NCBI GenBank assembly: GCA_965116475.1
Contig: OZ220691.1
Span: 800,001-864,000 of the forward strand
Origin: Gemmatimonadota bacterium
GTDB lineage: Bacteria > Gemmatimonadota > Gemmatimonadetes > Palauibacterales > Palauibacteraceae
DNA length: 64,000 nucleotides
Direction of reading: 5' to 3'
Part shown: one piece after another, positions 19,678 to 29,378 of the stretch
How positions within the stretch are numbered: position 1 is the first letter of the stretch
How the letters are laid out: every line of letters begins with the position of its first letter
The notes under the pieces: generated by a model
What the model saw: only the letters and a program-made list of their open reading frames with translations
Database searches by the model: none
Told to the model about the DNA's origin: nothing
Position numbers and translations under genes: made by a program

Positions 19678-20775
19678 ATGATCGCCCCCGGCCGCCTCGC
19701 GGACTCCGTGCTCGTCGCCATGTCGGGAGGCGTGGACTCGTCGCTCACGGCGGCGCTGCTCGCGCGCGCGGGCCGCCCGGTCATCGGCGTGACGATGAAG
19801 ACGTTCTGCTACACCGGCAGCGAGGGCCCGACACGCACCTGTTGCGGCCTCGACGGGATCACGGACGCCAAGTCCGTCGCCGCCCAGCTCGACATGCCCC
19901 ACCACGTGTTCGATGTGGAGGAGGAGTTCACGCGCGACGTGATCGACGACTTCGTGTCGGAGTACGCGGCCGGCCGCACGCCGATCCCGTGCGTCCGCTG
20001 CAACAGCTTCACGAAGTTCCGCGACCTTCTCGTGCGGGCGGACGCGCTGGACTGCCGGTGGCTGGCGACGGGGCACTACGCGCGCGTGGTCCGGCCCCGC
20101 TCCGGCCCTCCGGAACTCCGCCTCGGCGCGGACGACCACAAGGACCAGACGTACTTCCTGTGGGGGATGCCGCGGGAGGCGCTCGACCGCCTGCTCCTGC
20201 CGGTCGGCGAGCTCACGAAGCCGCAGGTGCGGGCGGAGGCGCGGCGGCTGGGCCTCGACACGGCGGACAAGCCCGAGTCGTTCGAGATCTGCTTCGTCCC
20301 CGACAACGACTACGCCGGGGTCCTGCGCCGGTACCTGCCGGAGGACCACCCTGCCCTCTCACCGGGCGCCATCCGCTTCGAGGACGGCTCGGACGCGGGC
20401 AGGCACGCCGGCTACGCGCACTACACGGTGGGACAGCGCAAGGGGCTGCCGGGCGGTCTTCCCGAGCCGATGTTCGTGCTCGAGATCCGGCCGGAGTCGC
20501 GCGACGTCATCATCGGGCCGCGGGCCTCGCTGGCCCGCTCGCGCATCGGCGCCCGGGGCGTGAACTGGCTGGCCGAGCCTCCCGCCGCCGGCGAGCGCAT
20601 CGGCGTAAGGATTCGGCACGGGGCCGCGATCGTCGACGCGGATGTCCTCGAGGCGACGCCGACCGGCTTCTCGCTGGAGCTGCCCGCTCCGCAGTCAGCC
20701 ATCACGCCCGGACAGAGCGCCGTGCTCTACCGGGACGATCTCGTCCTCGGCGGCGGCGTCATCGTCTCGAACTGA
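19678..20775 (+). CDS. mnmA: tRNA 2-thiouridine(34) synthase
   Basis: VAMSGGVDSS, GRTPIPCVRCN, ATGHYA, KDQTYFL, KPESFEICF, YTVGQRKGL, TPGQSAV. Confidence 0.97.
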   Translation: MIAPGRLADSVLVAMSGGVDSSLTAALLARAGRPVIGVTMKTFCYTGSEGPTRTCCGLDGITDAKSVAAQLDMPHHVFDVEEEFTRDVIDDFVSEYAAGRTPIPCVRCNSFTKFRDLLVRADALDCRWLATGHYARVVRPRSGPPELRLGADDHKDQTYFLWGMPREALDRLLLPVGELTKPQVRAEARRLGLDTADKPESFEICFVPDNDYAGVLRRYLPEDHPALSPGAIRFEDGSDAGRHAGYAHYTVGQRKGLPGGLPEPMFVLEIRPESRDVIIGPRASLARSRIGARGVNWLAEPPAAGERIGVRIRHGAAIVDADVLEATPTGFSLELPAPQSAITPGQSAVLYRDDLVLGGGVIVSN

Positions 20776-20810
20776 CGGCGGGGCCTGACGGCCGGACCTG
20801 ACGGCCGGGC
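20772..20810. repeat. Three 13-nt tandem repeats at convergent mnmA/dnaJ junction
   Basis: ctgacggcggggc / ctgacggccggac / ctgacggccgggc. Confidence 0.8.
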
Positions 20811-20816
20811 CGCGGG

Positions 20817-21917
20817 TCAGTAGGAGAGGCCCTCCTCCTGCGCGAGGTCCTTCACCTTCTGCAGGCCCTCGCCGGAGAGGTCGGGCGTCTCCACGACCAC
20901 CTTGACGAGCTGGTCGCCGCGGTTCTCGCCGCGTTGGATGCCTTGGCCGCGGATCCGGAACGTGGTGCCGCTCTGCGTACCCGGCGGGATCCGGAGCACG
21001 ACCTTGTTCCCGCCGATCGTCCTCACCTTGACCTTCGAGCCGAGGATCGCCTGCGCGACGTTGATCGGCACCTCGCAGGCGAGGTCGAGCCCGTCCCGGG
21101 TGAAGAAGCGGTCGGGGTCGACCTGGAACTTGATGATGAGGTCGCCCGTCCGGCCGCCGCCCGGACCGCGCTCGCCCTTGCCGGAGATGCGGACGCGCGA
21201 CCCGTTCTCGACTCCCGCGGGGACCTTGACGCTGAGCTTGCGCCGGGTGTTCACCTGGCCGCGCCCGGAGCAGCTCGAGCACGGCGTCTCCGGCACCATT
21301 CCGCGCCGCACGCAGACGGGACACGGGCGCCTGACGGAGAACCCGCCCTGCCCGAATGTGACTTCGCCGCGGCCCTCGCACTCGGGGCAGCGCTTCAGCG
21401 ACGTGCCGGGCGCGGCGCCGTCCCCGTCGCACGTCGCGCATTCCTCGTTGATCGGCACGGTGACCGCGACCCGTCCGCCCCTCGCCGCCGCGCGGAGCGA
21501 AACCGTGACCAGGTATTCGACGTTGCGGCCCCGCTTCGGCCCCTCCTTCTCGGGCTTCGCCTTCTTCCCGAAATCGAAGATCGAGGAGAAGATGCCGCCG
21601 ATGCCGCCCAGATCGGACAGGTCCTCGAACTTGAAGCTGCCGGCGCCCCCGGGGGCTCCGCCCGGCTGGCCGGGCCCGAACGCCCCGATGCCTCCGTACT
21701 TCCGCACGCGGTCGTACTTCTTGCGCTTGTCGGGATCCGAGAGGACGCCGTGGGCCTCCGACACCGCCTTGAACTTCTCCGTCGACCTCGGATCGCCCGC
21801 GTTCGCGTCCGGGTGGTGCTCCTTCGCGAGCTTGCGGTAGGCCTTCCGGATCTCATCCGCGCTCGCGTTCTCGGCGACCCCGAGAATCTTGTAGTAGTCC
21901 TTCGCCTGCGTTGCCAT
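20817..21917 (-). CDS. dnaJ: Molecular chaperone DnaJ
   Basis: J domain with HPD, G/F region, four CxxC zinc-finger repeats, C-terminal IPPGTQSG. Confidence 0.96.
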   Translation of the reverse strand: MATQAKDYYKILGVAENASADEIRKAYRKLAKEHHPDANAGDPRSTEKFKAVSEAHGVLSDPDKRKKYDRVRKYGGIGAFGPGQPGGAPGGAGSFKFEDLSDLGGIGGIFSSIFDFGKKAKPEKEGPKRGRNVEYLVTVSLRAAARGGRVAVTVPINEECATCDGDGAAPGTSLKRCPECEGRGEVTFGQGGFSVRRPCPVCVRRGMVPETPCSSCSGRGQVNTRRKLSVKVPAGVENGSRVRISGKGERGPGGGRTGDLIIKFQVDPDRFFTRDGLDLACEVPINVAQAILGSKVKVRTIGGNKVVLRIPPGTQSGTTFRIRGQGIQRGENRGDQLVKVVVETPDLSGEGLQKVKDLAQEEGLSY

Positions 21918-21921
21918 CGGA

Positions 21922-22554
21922 TCAGGAAGCTTCGTCTTCGTGACGATAGACCGTGACGCGCGCGGGGCGGAGCAGCCGGTCGCCGAGCCGGTATCCGACG
22001 AGGACGACGTGCGACACGAGTTCGTCCTGCTCCGGGTCGTCGGTCGGGGTCATCATGAGCGCGTCGTGGAGGTTGGGGTCGAAGCGCTCCTCCACCGGGT
22101 TCACCGGTTCCACTCCGGCGTCGGAGAGGACCTTCGCGAACTTCCGGGCCACGAGCCCGATCCCCTCGTGCAGCGCCTCCGTCGTCGTGCCCTCCAGCGG
22201 CGTCTCGGCCACGCGCTGCAGGTCGTCCATCAGTTCGAGCAGCTTGGCGGCAAGATCCGCGCGCGCCCGCTCCCCTTCATCGCCCAGCTCGCGCCTCGTG
22301 CGGCGCCGGAAGTTGTCGAACTCGGCCGCAAGGCGAAGGTGGCGGTCCTGCAGCGCCGCGAGTTCACCCTCCGGCCCGGGGTCCTCGCCGGACTCGGGCG
22401 GGCGGACTTCGTCTACGTGCCCGGGCGTCTCCGAAGCTTCCTCGGGCACGTCCCGCTCGGCAGCGTCGGCGGAGGCCTCCGAGCCGGCATCCTCCGGACC
22501 GCCGTCCCCCGGCGCCGCGCTCTCCATCTCCTGCTCCAGATCCTTCTTTCCCAT
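21922..22554 (-). CDS. grpE: Nucleotide exchange factor GrpE
   Basis: [38 protein letters not shown]. Confidence 0.97.
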   Translation of the reverse strand: MGKKDLEQEMESAAPGDGGPEDAGSEASADAAERDVPEEASETPGHVDEVRPPESGEDPGPEGELAALQDRHLRLAAEFDNFRRRTRRELGDEGERARADLAAKLLELMDDLQRVAETPLEGTTTEALHEGIGLVARKFAKVLSDAGVEPVNPVEERFDPNLHDALMMTPTDDPEQDELVSHVVLVGYRLGDRLLRPARVTVYRHEDEAS

Positions 22555-22576
22555 CGAATATCCTCAAGTAGGCTTG

Positions 22577-23062
22577 TCAGAGCCGTGAATCCAGCCAGCG
22601 CATCGCTTCGAGCGCGGCCGCTTCCCGGATCTCGTCCCGGCTCCCCCCGAAGCGGTGGCGCCGCGCGTCGCGCGAGGGTCCGTCGTGGGCGATCCACACC
22701 GTGCCCACGGGCTTGTCGGCGGATCCTCCCGAGGGGCCGGCGATCCCCGTGACGGCGATGGACCAGGTGCTCTCCGCCACGCGCCGCGCCCCGGCGGCCA
22801 TCTCCTCCGCCACGGCCCGCGAGACGGCGCCGTGCCGGCGGAGCGACGCCTCCGACACCTTCAGCAGCGCCCGCTTGGCGGCGTCATCGTAGCTTATCAG
22901 CCCACCCCACAAAACCTCCGAAGCGCCGGGTACGGCGGTGAGGGCGGCGCCGATCAGGCCGCCGGTGCAACTCTCGGCAAGCACGAGGGTGTGCCCCCTC
23001 TCCCGCAGGCGTTCGATGAGCGTCGCGGCGGCCTCGAACAGCGACGCACCGCGCTTACGAAT
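22577..23062 (-). CDS. CinA C-terminal domain protein (NMN deamidase PncC-like); start uncertain
   Basis: AESCTGG, PGAS, HGAVS, TGIAGPSGG..KPVGTV; frame stays open upstream of GTG 22984 to ATT 23062. Confidence 0.9.
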   Translation of the reverse strand: MRKRGASLFEAAATLIERLRERGHTLVLAESCTGGLIGAALTAVPGASEVLWGGLISYDDAAKRALLKVSEASLRRHGAVSRAVAEEMAAGARRVAESTWSIAVTGIAGPSGGSADKPVGTVWIAHDGPSRDARRHRFGGSRDEIREAAALEAMRWLDSRL

Positions 23063-23684
23063 GGCGGCCCGCCATGACCCGCGAGAAGGTGCCCAGATAG
23101 GTCACGGCGGAGACCACGGTGAGCAGCACGGCGAGGGTGAGAAACGTCGTGGTGAACCAGCCGTGGAACGCGGAGAACCACTGCCACGCCCGCCCGACGG
23201 GGGCCACGAAGCCGGGGGTCAGGAACGCGACCCACAGGATCGCGGAGCCGATGAAGATGTTCTGGGCGAGCGCCTTTCTCTTGCCCAGGATCTGCGCCGC
23301 AACGATCCGGCCGCGCCGGGCGGCGAGGGAGCGGAGCAGCGTGATCAGCGCCTCGCGGCCCAGGAAGATGACGATGGCCCAGAGCGGGATGACGTGGAAC
23401 AGGGGGAGAGAAGGCGTTCCCGCCTGCCCGAGATTGATGGCGTACACGGGGATGAGGGCGGCAACGAGCAGCAGCTTGTCGGCGAGCGGGTCGATGATCT
23501 TGCCGAAGGAGGTCACCTCGCCCCGGGCCCGGGCCAGGTGGCCGTCCCACAGATCCGAGAGCGCGGCGAAGACGAACACGACGAACGCGATCATGCGGGG
23601 CGTCGGGCGGGGCTGCAGGAGCAGCGCCGTCACGACGGGGGCCGCGAGGATCCTGCCCGTGGTAATCGCGTTCGGGAGATTCAG
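23055..23684 (-). CDS. pgsA: CDP-alcohol phosphatidyltransferase (PgsA-like)
   Basis: NLPNAITTGR N-terminus; SDLWDGHLAR...TSFGKIIDPLADK signature; probable CTG start. Confidence 0.9.
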   Translation of the reverse strand: MNLPNAITTGRILAAPVVTALLLQPRPTPRMIAFVVFVFAALSDLWDGHLARARGEVTSFGKIIDPLADKLLLVAALIPVYAINLGQAGTPSLPLFHVIPLWAIVIFLGREALITLLRSLAARRGRIVAAQILGKRKALAQNIFIGSAILWVAFLTPGFVAPVGRAWQWFSAFHGWFTTTFLTLAVLLTVVSAVTYLGTFSRVMAGRHS

Positions 23685-24034
23685 TGTGGGTCTCCGCTCT
23701 CCAGTGTAGCGTCGTCGCTCGCGAGCACGCTCTCGAGACTCTCCAGAACCGCCATGGCGCGCTTGCGGAGGAGCGGCCGCTCTTCCCACGCCAGATAATC
23801 TCTCAACAGCGGCAGATCGTCCACCGACGGGTGCGATTTCAGGTATCCGAGCGCCGCCAGGCGCCGGAGCGGGTGCGGACTGAACAGCTCGCGCCGGTGG
23901 CGCCGCATCTGGTCTCGCGCGAGATAGATCCCGAGGCCGACGGCGGCGGCGGCGCCCAGCAGGGCCGCAGCCGCGATCTTCCACCCCGTCGCGGAACGGC
24001 GATCCGCGTCCTCGTATTCGTTTCGAGTCGTCAT
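23681..24034 (-). CDS. Small hypothetical membrane-anchored protein
   Basis: 117-aa ORF with one TM helix, between recR and pgsA. Confidence 0.8.
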   Translation of the reverse strand: MTTRNEYEDADRRSATGWKIAAAALLGAAAAVGLGIYLARDQMRRHRRELFSPHPLRRLAALGYLKSHPSVDDLPLLRDYLAWEERPLLRKRAMAVLESLESVLASDDATLESGDPH

Positions 24035-24041
24035 CGGTTCG

Positions 24042-24629
24042 CTACATCTCCCGTCGGCCGGCGAAGGCTTCGGCGATCGTCACGCCGTCGGCGTACTCGA
24101 GGTCCCCTCCCACGGGCAGCCCGCGCGCGAGCCGCGTGACCGTGACGTCGGCGGCCGAGGCGAGCAGGCGCTGCAGGTACGTTGCCGTCGCTTCGCCTTC
24201 CACGCTCGCGTTCGTCGCGATGATCACCTCTCGGACCGGCGTGTCGAGACGCCGAAGCAGGGCCCGGATGTTCAGGTCGTCGGGTCCTACCCCATCGAGA
24301 GGGGACAACCGTCCGCCAAGTACATGATACAGACCTCCGAAGTTCCCCGAATTCTCGATCGCCGGGATGTCCGAGGCTTCCTCCACGACGCACACCTGCG
24401 CCGGATCGCGCCTCGGGCTCCGGCAGTATTCGCACGGCTCCATGTCGCTGAGGTTGCCGCAGTCGCCGCATACGCGGACCTCGGCCGCGACCCGTTCTAT
24501 GGCCCGCGCCAGCCGCCGCGCATCGTCCTTCGAACTCTTGAGAAGGTGATAGGTGAGCCGCCGCGCGGTCTTGCGGCCGATCCCCGGGAGCCGGCCGAGC
24601 TCGCCCACGAGTGCTTCGATCGCGTTCAC
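24042..24629 (-). CDS. recR: Recombination mediator RecR
   Basis: LPGIGRKTARRL, C4 zinc finger, YHVLGGRLSPLDG, EGEATA, LARGLPVGGDLEYAD. Confidence 0.98.
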   Translation of the reverse strand: MNAIEALVGELGRLPGIGRKTARRLTYHLLKSSKDDARRLARAIERVAAEVRVCGDCGNLSDMEPCEYCRSPRRDPAQVCVVEEASDIPAIENSGNFGGLYHVLGGRLSPLDGVGPDDLNIRALLRRLDTPVREVIIATNASVEGEATATYLQRLLASAADVTVTRLARGLPVGGDLEYADGVTIAEAFAGRREM

Positions 24630-24961
24630 GGACGGCCGAGGAAGTTGCCCAGGCCCGGCAACGGCAGACCTCCCGCCGCCTCACGCATCTCGCTCTCCAT
24701 GCGGTCCTTCGCTCGCCGTTGCGCGGCGGAGGCCGCGGCGACGATGAGGTCCTCGAGCATCTCGACCTCTGCCGGGTCCACCGCGGCCGGGTCGATGGAG
24801 ACGCCCTTGATGTTGCCCTGGCCATCCACCGTCACCTCGACCATCCCGCCGCCCGAAGCCGCCGTCATTGTCTCGCGCTCGAGCTTCTCCTGCATCTCGC
24901 TCATACGCGACTGCATCTGTTGACTGAGTTGAATCAACTGCTGGATGTTCACGCCGTCCAC
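24626..24961 (-). CDS. ybaB: YbaB/EbfC nucleoid-associated protein
   Basis: SGGGMVEVTVDG, EMLEDLIVAA; between dnaX and recR. Confidence 0.95.
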   Translation of the reverse strand: MDGVNIQQLIQLSQQMQSRMSEMQEKLERETMTAASGGGMVEVTVDGQGNIKGVSIDPAAVDPAEVEMLEDLIVAAASAAQRRAKDRMESEMREAAGGLPLPGLGNFLGRP

Positions 24962-24971
24962 TCGGATTCTC

Positions 24972-26756
24972 CTACTCCTTCAGGGTGAGGTCGAGTTCCT
25001 TCACGGCTTCCCGGAGCCGGGGGTTTCCGTCCAGCAGCCGTTCGACCCGCGATCGGGCCGCTTCCCCGGCGGTCATGCGGGCGCCCCGGTGGTCGACGAT
25101 CGCGAATTTGACAGTCGGCAACCCGAGGCGTTCCGCGAGGTTCGCCCGAAGGGGGCCGGAACGCGACTCGTCCTTGAACAGTTTCTCCAGTTCCTCGCGC
25201 CACCCGGCCTGGACGCGGAGCCGAACCTCGTCCTCCACGAGGCCATCGACCTCGGTGCCGCGCAGGGCCAGTCCGGATACTCCGCCCAGCCTCGGCATCT
25301 CGGCGACGGCGGCGGTCCATGCGTCGCGGATCCGGGCGGCCGGCGCCCCGCCGGAGGGGCTCGCCGGCGCCTCGTCGGAGCGGCCTGCCGGAGGGGGCTC
25401 CGGCGGAGCGGCCCGCTCTTCTTCGGCTACGGGCGCCGAAGGGGGCGCCGGAGGGGGTTCCGGCGGGGGTTCCGGTGGGGGCGCCGGCGGCGTCGATGGG
25501 TTCGCGGGAGCGGCGGGGGGCACCGAAGGACGCTTCTCGCGCTGGCGGGGGGGCGGCCGCGGCGGCCGCGTGCGAGACGCGGGTTCGCCGGCGGGGGCGC
25601 CCAGGGCGGCCAGAAGTTCCTCGAGTTCGACGGTCGATTCCATGCGGACGAGACGAAGCAGCAGGACCTCGAGCTGAATGCGCGGCTGCGAGGACCGGTG
25701 GAGCATGCCGGAGGCCTCGAACTCGCTGAGCGCGGCCAGCATCCTGAGCAGGTCGGCGGGAACCAGGGCCCCGGCGGCGGCGAGGAAGCGCTCGCGGGAC
25801 TCGGGCAGGAGTTCGACCGTCTCGGCCTCCGGATCGAGCCCGAGCACAAGGAGGGTTCGCAGCGCGTCGCCGAGTCCGCGCAGGAACTCCGCGGGGTCGT
25901 GCCCATCGTCGAGGAGATCCTGGACGAAGGCGAACACGCCCGCCCGATCCCCGTTCGCCGCGATCTCGAAGAACGCGAGATATCGATCCTCGTCGACGAG
26001 TCCCAGCATGCGGCGCACATCCGCCAGTTCGACCGCGTCTCCCCGGAAGGAGAGCACCTGGTCGAGCGAGGAGAGCGCGTCGCGGACGCCGCCTTCGGCC
26101 CGCCGCGCGATCGCCCGCAGCGCTCCCGGTTCGGCCGTGATCCCCTCCGCCTCGAGCACCGTCTCCATCCGGCTCGCGATGTCCTGCACGGAGACCCGCC
26201 GGAAATCGAATCGCTGGCACCGGGACATGACCGGAGCCGCGCCGCGCTCGATCTTCTGCGGCTCGGTGGTGGCGAAGGCGAAGATCACGCGGGGCGGCGG
26301 CTCCTCGAGGATCTTCAGGAGCGCGTTCCACGCGTCGCGCGTGAGCATGTGCGCTTCGTCGAGGATATAGATCTTGTAGCGCTCCTCGCTCGTGGGCGCG
26401 TACGCGGCCCGGCGGCGGAGGTCTCGGGCGTCCTCGACGCCCCGGTGGCTCGCCGCATCGATTTCGACGACGTCGAGCGAGGCGCCGCCGGACCAGATCC
26501 GCTCGCACGAGGAACACGCGCCGCACGGCTCGCCGGCGGAGCGGTCGGGGCAGTTCAGGGCCATCGCAAGGATGCGCGCGGTCGTCGTCTTCCCGACTCC
26601 GCGCGGGCCGCAGAAGAGATATGCGTGGCCGACCCGCCCGGACTCGATCGCGGCCTTCAGCGTGGGCGCGATGTGGTCCTGTCCGATCAGCTCCGAGAAG
26701 CCTCGGGGCCGGTAGGTTCTGGCCAGCGCGGTGCGGTACAAGGGCTCGTGAGCCAT
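24972..26756 (-). CDS. dnaX: DNA polymerase III subunit gamma/tau
   Basis: LARTYRP, GPRGVGKTT, EIDAASHRGVE, LDEAHML, LLKILEEPP, SRCQRFDF. Confidence 0.98.
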   Translation of the reverse strand: MAHEPLYRTALARTYRPRGFSELIGQDHIAPTLKAAIESGRVGHAYLFCGPRGVGKTTTARILAMALNCPDRSAGEPCGACSSCERIWSGGASLDVVEIDAASHRGVEDARDLRRRAAYAPTSEERYKIYILDEAHMLTRDAWNALLKILEEPPPRVIFAFATTEPQKIERGAAPVMSRCQRFDFRRVSVQDIASRMETVLEAEGITAEPGALRAIARRAEGGVRDALSSLDQVLSFRGDAVELADVRRMLGLVDEDRYLAFFEIAANGDRAGVFAFVQDLLDDGHDPAEFLRGLGDALRTLLVLGLDPEAETVELLPESRERFLAAAGALVPADLLRMLAALSEFEASGMLHRSSQPRIQLEVLLLRLVRMESTVELEELLAALGAPAGEPASRTRPPRPPPRQREKRPSVPPAAPANPSTPPAPPPEPPPEPPPAPPSAPVAEEERAAPPEPPPAGRSDEAPASPSGGAPAARIRDAWTAAVAEMPRLGGVSGLALRGTEVDGLVEDEVRLRVQAGWREELEKLFKDESRSGPLRANLAERLGLPTVKFAIVDHRGARMTAGEAARSRVERLLDGNPRLREAVKELDLTLKE

Positions 26757-26835
26757 CTGGGTCCGGGTCTGAGGGCGCCCGCGCCCCGCGACGCGGAGCC
26801 GCCGCCGACATGGGGCCGCCGCCGACGTGGGGCGA

Positions 26836-26932
26836 CGACCCCAGGCGGGCCGTGGCGACCGTCACACGCTTACCGCTGCTACCTTCACGGTCCTGACGGG
26901 ATTCACGCGCTCCGGCCCCACGGGCCTGGGGC
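26836..26932 (-). ncRNA. ffs: Signal recognition particle RNA (4.5S)
   Basis: Long hairpin (CCCCAGGC..CCGTGG / CCACGG..GCCTGGGG) with domain IV core GTCAGGACC-GTGAA-GGTAGCAGC; upstream of dnaX; TAAGAT -10 at 26939-26944. Confidence 0.93.
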
Positions 26933-26977
26933 ACCGTTATCTTATCGGCCGGCCGGGGCAGCGGCCAGAAAAAACCG

Positions 26978-27382
26978 TCATGTATCGTCGCCGTAGAAGG
27001 CTTCCGGGATGTGCCGCACCCGGCATCGTCCGCGGCGATCGACGTCCACCGCGACGACATCGAAGCGGGCTTCCGCGGCGGCGCCGGGATGCCGGCTGAG
27101 CCACGCGCCGGCCGCGCGGCGGATCCTTCCCCGCTGGGCGCGCGAGAGCGCCTCCTCGGGCGCCTGCACGCCGGGGCGGCGGGTCTTCACTTCGACGAAG
27201 GCCACCGTGTCTCCGGCCCGGACGACGAGATCGATCTCCAGCCGCCCGACGCGCCAGTTGCGGTCGAGGATCTCGTACCCCTCATCCGCCAGATGCCGCG
27301 CGGCGATTCGCTCGCCCAGGCCCCCGAGGCCGCGCTTCGTCCCGCTCCGGGGGCTCCGGGGGCTCCGGGTCGGGTCAGCCGT
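26978..27382 (-). CDS. yraN: YraN family protein (UPF0102); start uncertain
   Basis: Manual extension of ORF 26978-27205: [34 protein letters not shown]...[17 protein letters not shown]. Confidence 0.9.
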   Translation of the reverse strand, partial: TADPTRSPRSPRSGTKRGLGGLGERIAARHLADEGYEILDRNWRVGRLEIDLVVRAGDTVAFVEVKTRRPGVQAPEEALSRAQRGRIRRAAGAWLSRHPGAAAEARFDVVAVDVDRRGRCRVRHIPEAFYGDDT

Positions 27383-28418
27383 GGGCGGGGACGCGGGCGC
27401 GCGCGATCCGGCGGCCGATGGCGTTCGCGATGGGGTGAAGCTCGACCATCAGCGCATCGAACTGCTCGAGCGTGAGGGACTGCTGGCCGTCCGACGCCGC
27501 CGTCGCGGGATCGGGATGGACCTCGAGGATGAGCGCGTCCGCGCCCGCCGCGACCGCCGCCCGCGCCATCGGTCCGACCTTGGACCGGGCCCCCGTGCCG
27601 TGGCTTGGGTCCGCGACGATCGGGAGGTGCGACAGCTCGTGGATCGTCACGATGGCCGTGAGGTCGAAGAGGTTCCGCGCGTGCGTGTCGAAGTTGCGGA
27701 CGCCGCGCTCGCACAGCATCACCCGCGATTCGCCCTCGGCGACGACATACTCCGCGGCGAGCAGCAACTCCTTGATCGTCGCGGCCAGCCCCCGCTTGAG
27801 GAGCACCGGCTTGCCGGCGCGGCCCGCCGCCCGCAGCAGCGAATAGTTCTGCATGTTCCGCGCGCCGATCTGGATGACATCGGTGTATTCCGCGACGAGG
27901 CCCATGCTCTCCGTGTCCAGCGCCTCGGTGACGATCGCGAGACCCGTCTCCTCCCGCGCGCGGGCGAGCAACTGCAGTCCCTCCTCCCCCAGCCCCTGGA
28001 AGGAGTAGGGCGAGGTCCGCGGCTTGAAGGCTCCGCCGCGCAGCACGGTCGCGCCGGCTTCCGCGACCCGGTGCGCCGTCTCCAGGATCTGTTCGCGCGA
28101 TTCCACGGAGCACGGGCCGGCCATGACGACGACGTCCTCCTCCCCGATCCGCACGCCGTTGGACAGCTCGATGATCGTGTCCTCGGGGCACCATTCCCGG
28201 CTCACCTGCTTGTAAGGCGGCGACACGTGAATGACGCGGAGCACGCCGTCGATCCCCACGAGCCGGCTCTCTTCGACGCGTCCATCGTTGCCGACCAGGC
28301 CCACGGTCGTGCGCTGAGCGCCCGGCATGGGCCGGGCCCGGTATCCCATGTCCTCTATCGCGCGGACCACGTCCTGGACCTGCCCGTCCGTGGCGCCGTG
28401 CTTCATGACCACCAGCAT
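27375..28418 (-). CDS. aroF: 3-deoxy-7-phosphoheptulonate synthase (type I-beta, N-terminal regulatory domain)
   Basis: [50 protein letters not shown]. Confidence 0.96.
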   Translation of the reverse strand: MLVVMKHGATDGQVQDVVRAIEDMGYRARPMPGAQRTTVGLVGNDGRVEESRLVGIDGVLRVIHVSPPYKQVSREWCPEDTIIELSNGVRIGEEDVVVMAGPCSVESREQILETAHRVAEAGATVLRGGAFKPRTSPYSFQGLGEEGLQLLARAREETGLAIVTEALDTESMGLVAEYTDVIQIGARNMQNYSLLRAAGRAGKPVLLKRGLAATIKELLLAAEYVVAEGESRVMLCERGVRNFDTHARNLFDLTAIVTIHELSHLPIVADPSHGTGARSKVGPMARAAVAAGADALILEVHPDPATAASDGQQSLTLEQFDALMVELHPIANAIGRRIARARVPAHG

Positions 28419-28529
28419 CGTTCCCCCTGTGGGTGACGTTCGACCGTCGCGCGCGCGCCCGGCGCGGCAGGGCCGTGACCTCCGGTCCGCTCCCCGCGGC
28501 GCCGGCAGGAGCAGGATACTCCACTGGTG

Positions 28530-29378
28530 TCACCCGTTCGTCAACGAGACCCGGAGCCCTTCCCTCGCGAGGCACGCATCCCCGGCGTATCCGGCGTCGG
28601 CCACGAGACGGGCCACGTCGTGGTCTGTTCGGAAGTGCGGGTAGATGTGCGTGAGCACGAGAAGGCGCGGGCGCGCGGCGACCGCCAACTCGGCGACGCG
28701 GGCGGGCGACAGGTGGTTGTCCGTCGCCTGCGAGTCGTGGAGCGAGCACTCGCAGACGAGGGCGTTCACCCCGCGCATGAACGAGCCCAGCTCCGGGGAC
28801 GGTCCCGAGTCTCCCGTGTACCCGAAGCTGAACGCTCCGCCTTCGAGCCGCCACGCGACGCTCTCCTCGGTGTGCGGCGTCTTGTGGGCTGCGAGCTGCG
28901 GACCTCCGCTCAGTTCGCGGGTTTCACCCGGCGCCAGTTCCTCGATGAGGACGGGGAAACCGGGATCCAGGACGAAGTCCCCGTAGGCGCCCGCAAGCTT
29001 CTCGAGGAACGCGCGGGTGCCCGCCGGCCCCCACACCGTGAGCGGCCGGCCCCGGGGTCGGGAGAGGCCGTGCCGCAGCGCGAAGAAAAGGCCCGGGAGC
29101 GCGCCGACGTGATCCGCGTGAAAGTGGGTGATCGCGAGGTCGGTGATCTCCCCCCAGGGCAGGCCGAGGCGGGCGAGCGCCTGCAGGGTTCCGGGACCGC
29201 AGTCGAACAGGGCGCGCGTCCGTGCCGCGGACCCCGTGCCCGGGGACGAGACCCAGTAGGAGGACGAAGCCCGGTCCGCTTCCGGGACGACGGTACCGCA
29301 CCCGGCGACGATCAGCTCGGGTCCCGCGTTGCCGGCCGGCGCGTGCGCGGTGGGTTCCGTGGGTTCCGTGTCGCTCAC
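28530..29378 (-). CDS. MBL-fold metallo-hydrolase (RNase Z/BN-like)
   Basis: LFDCGPG, THFHADH, YTGDSG, LVCEC, HLSP, LVLTHIYP. Confidence 0.9.
   Translation of the reverse strand: MSDTEPTEPTAHAPAGNAGPELIVAGCGTVVPEADRASSSYWVSSPGTGSAARTRALFDCGPGTLQALARLGLPWGEITDLAITHFHADHVGALPGLFFALRHGLSRPRGRPLTVWGPAGTRAFLEKLAGAYGDFVLDPGFPVLIEELAPGETRELSGGPQLAAHKTPHTEESVAWRLEGGAFSFGYTGDSGPSPELGSFMRGVNALVCECSLHDSQATDNHLSPARVAELAVAARPRLLVLTHIYPHFRTDHDVARLVADAGYAGDACLAREGLRVSLTNG

Noticed and set aside
20817..22554. grpE-dnaJ without dnaK/hrcA as a novel chaperone system
   Set aside because: Split dnaK loci are common; dnaK is probably elsewhere in the genome
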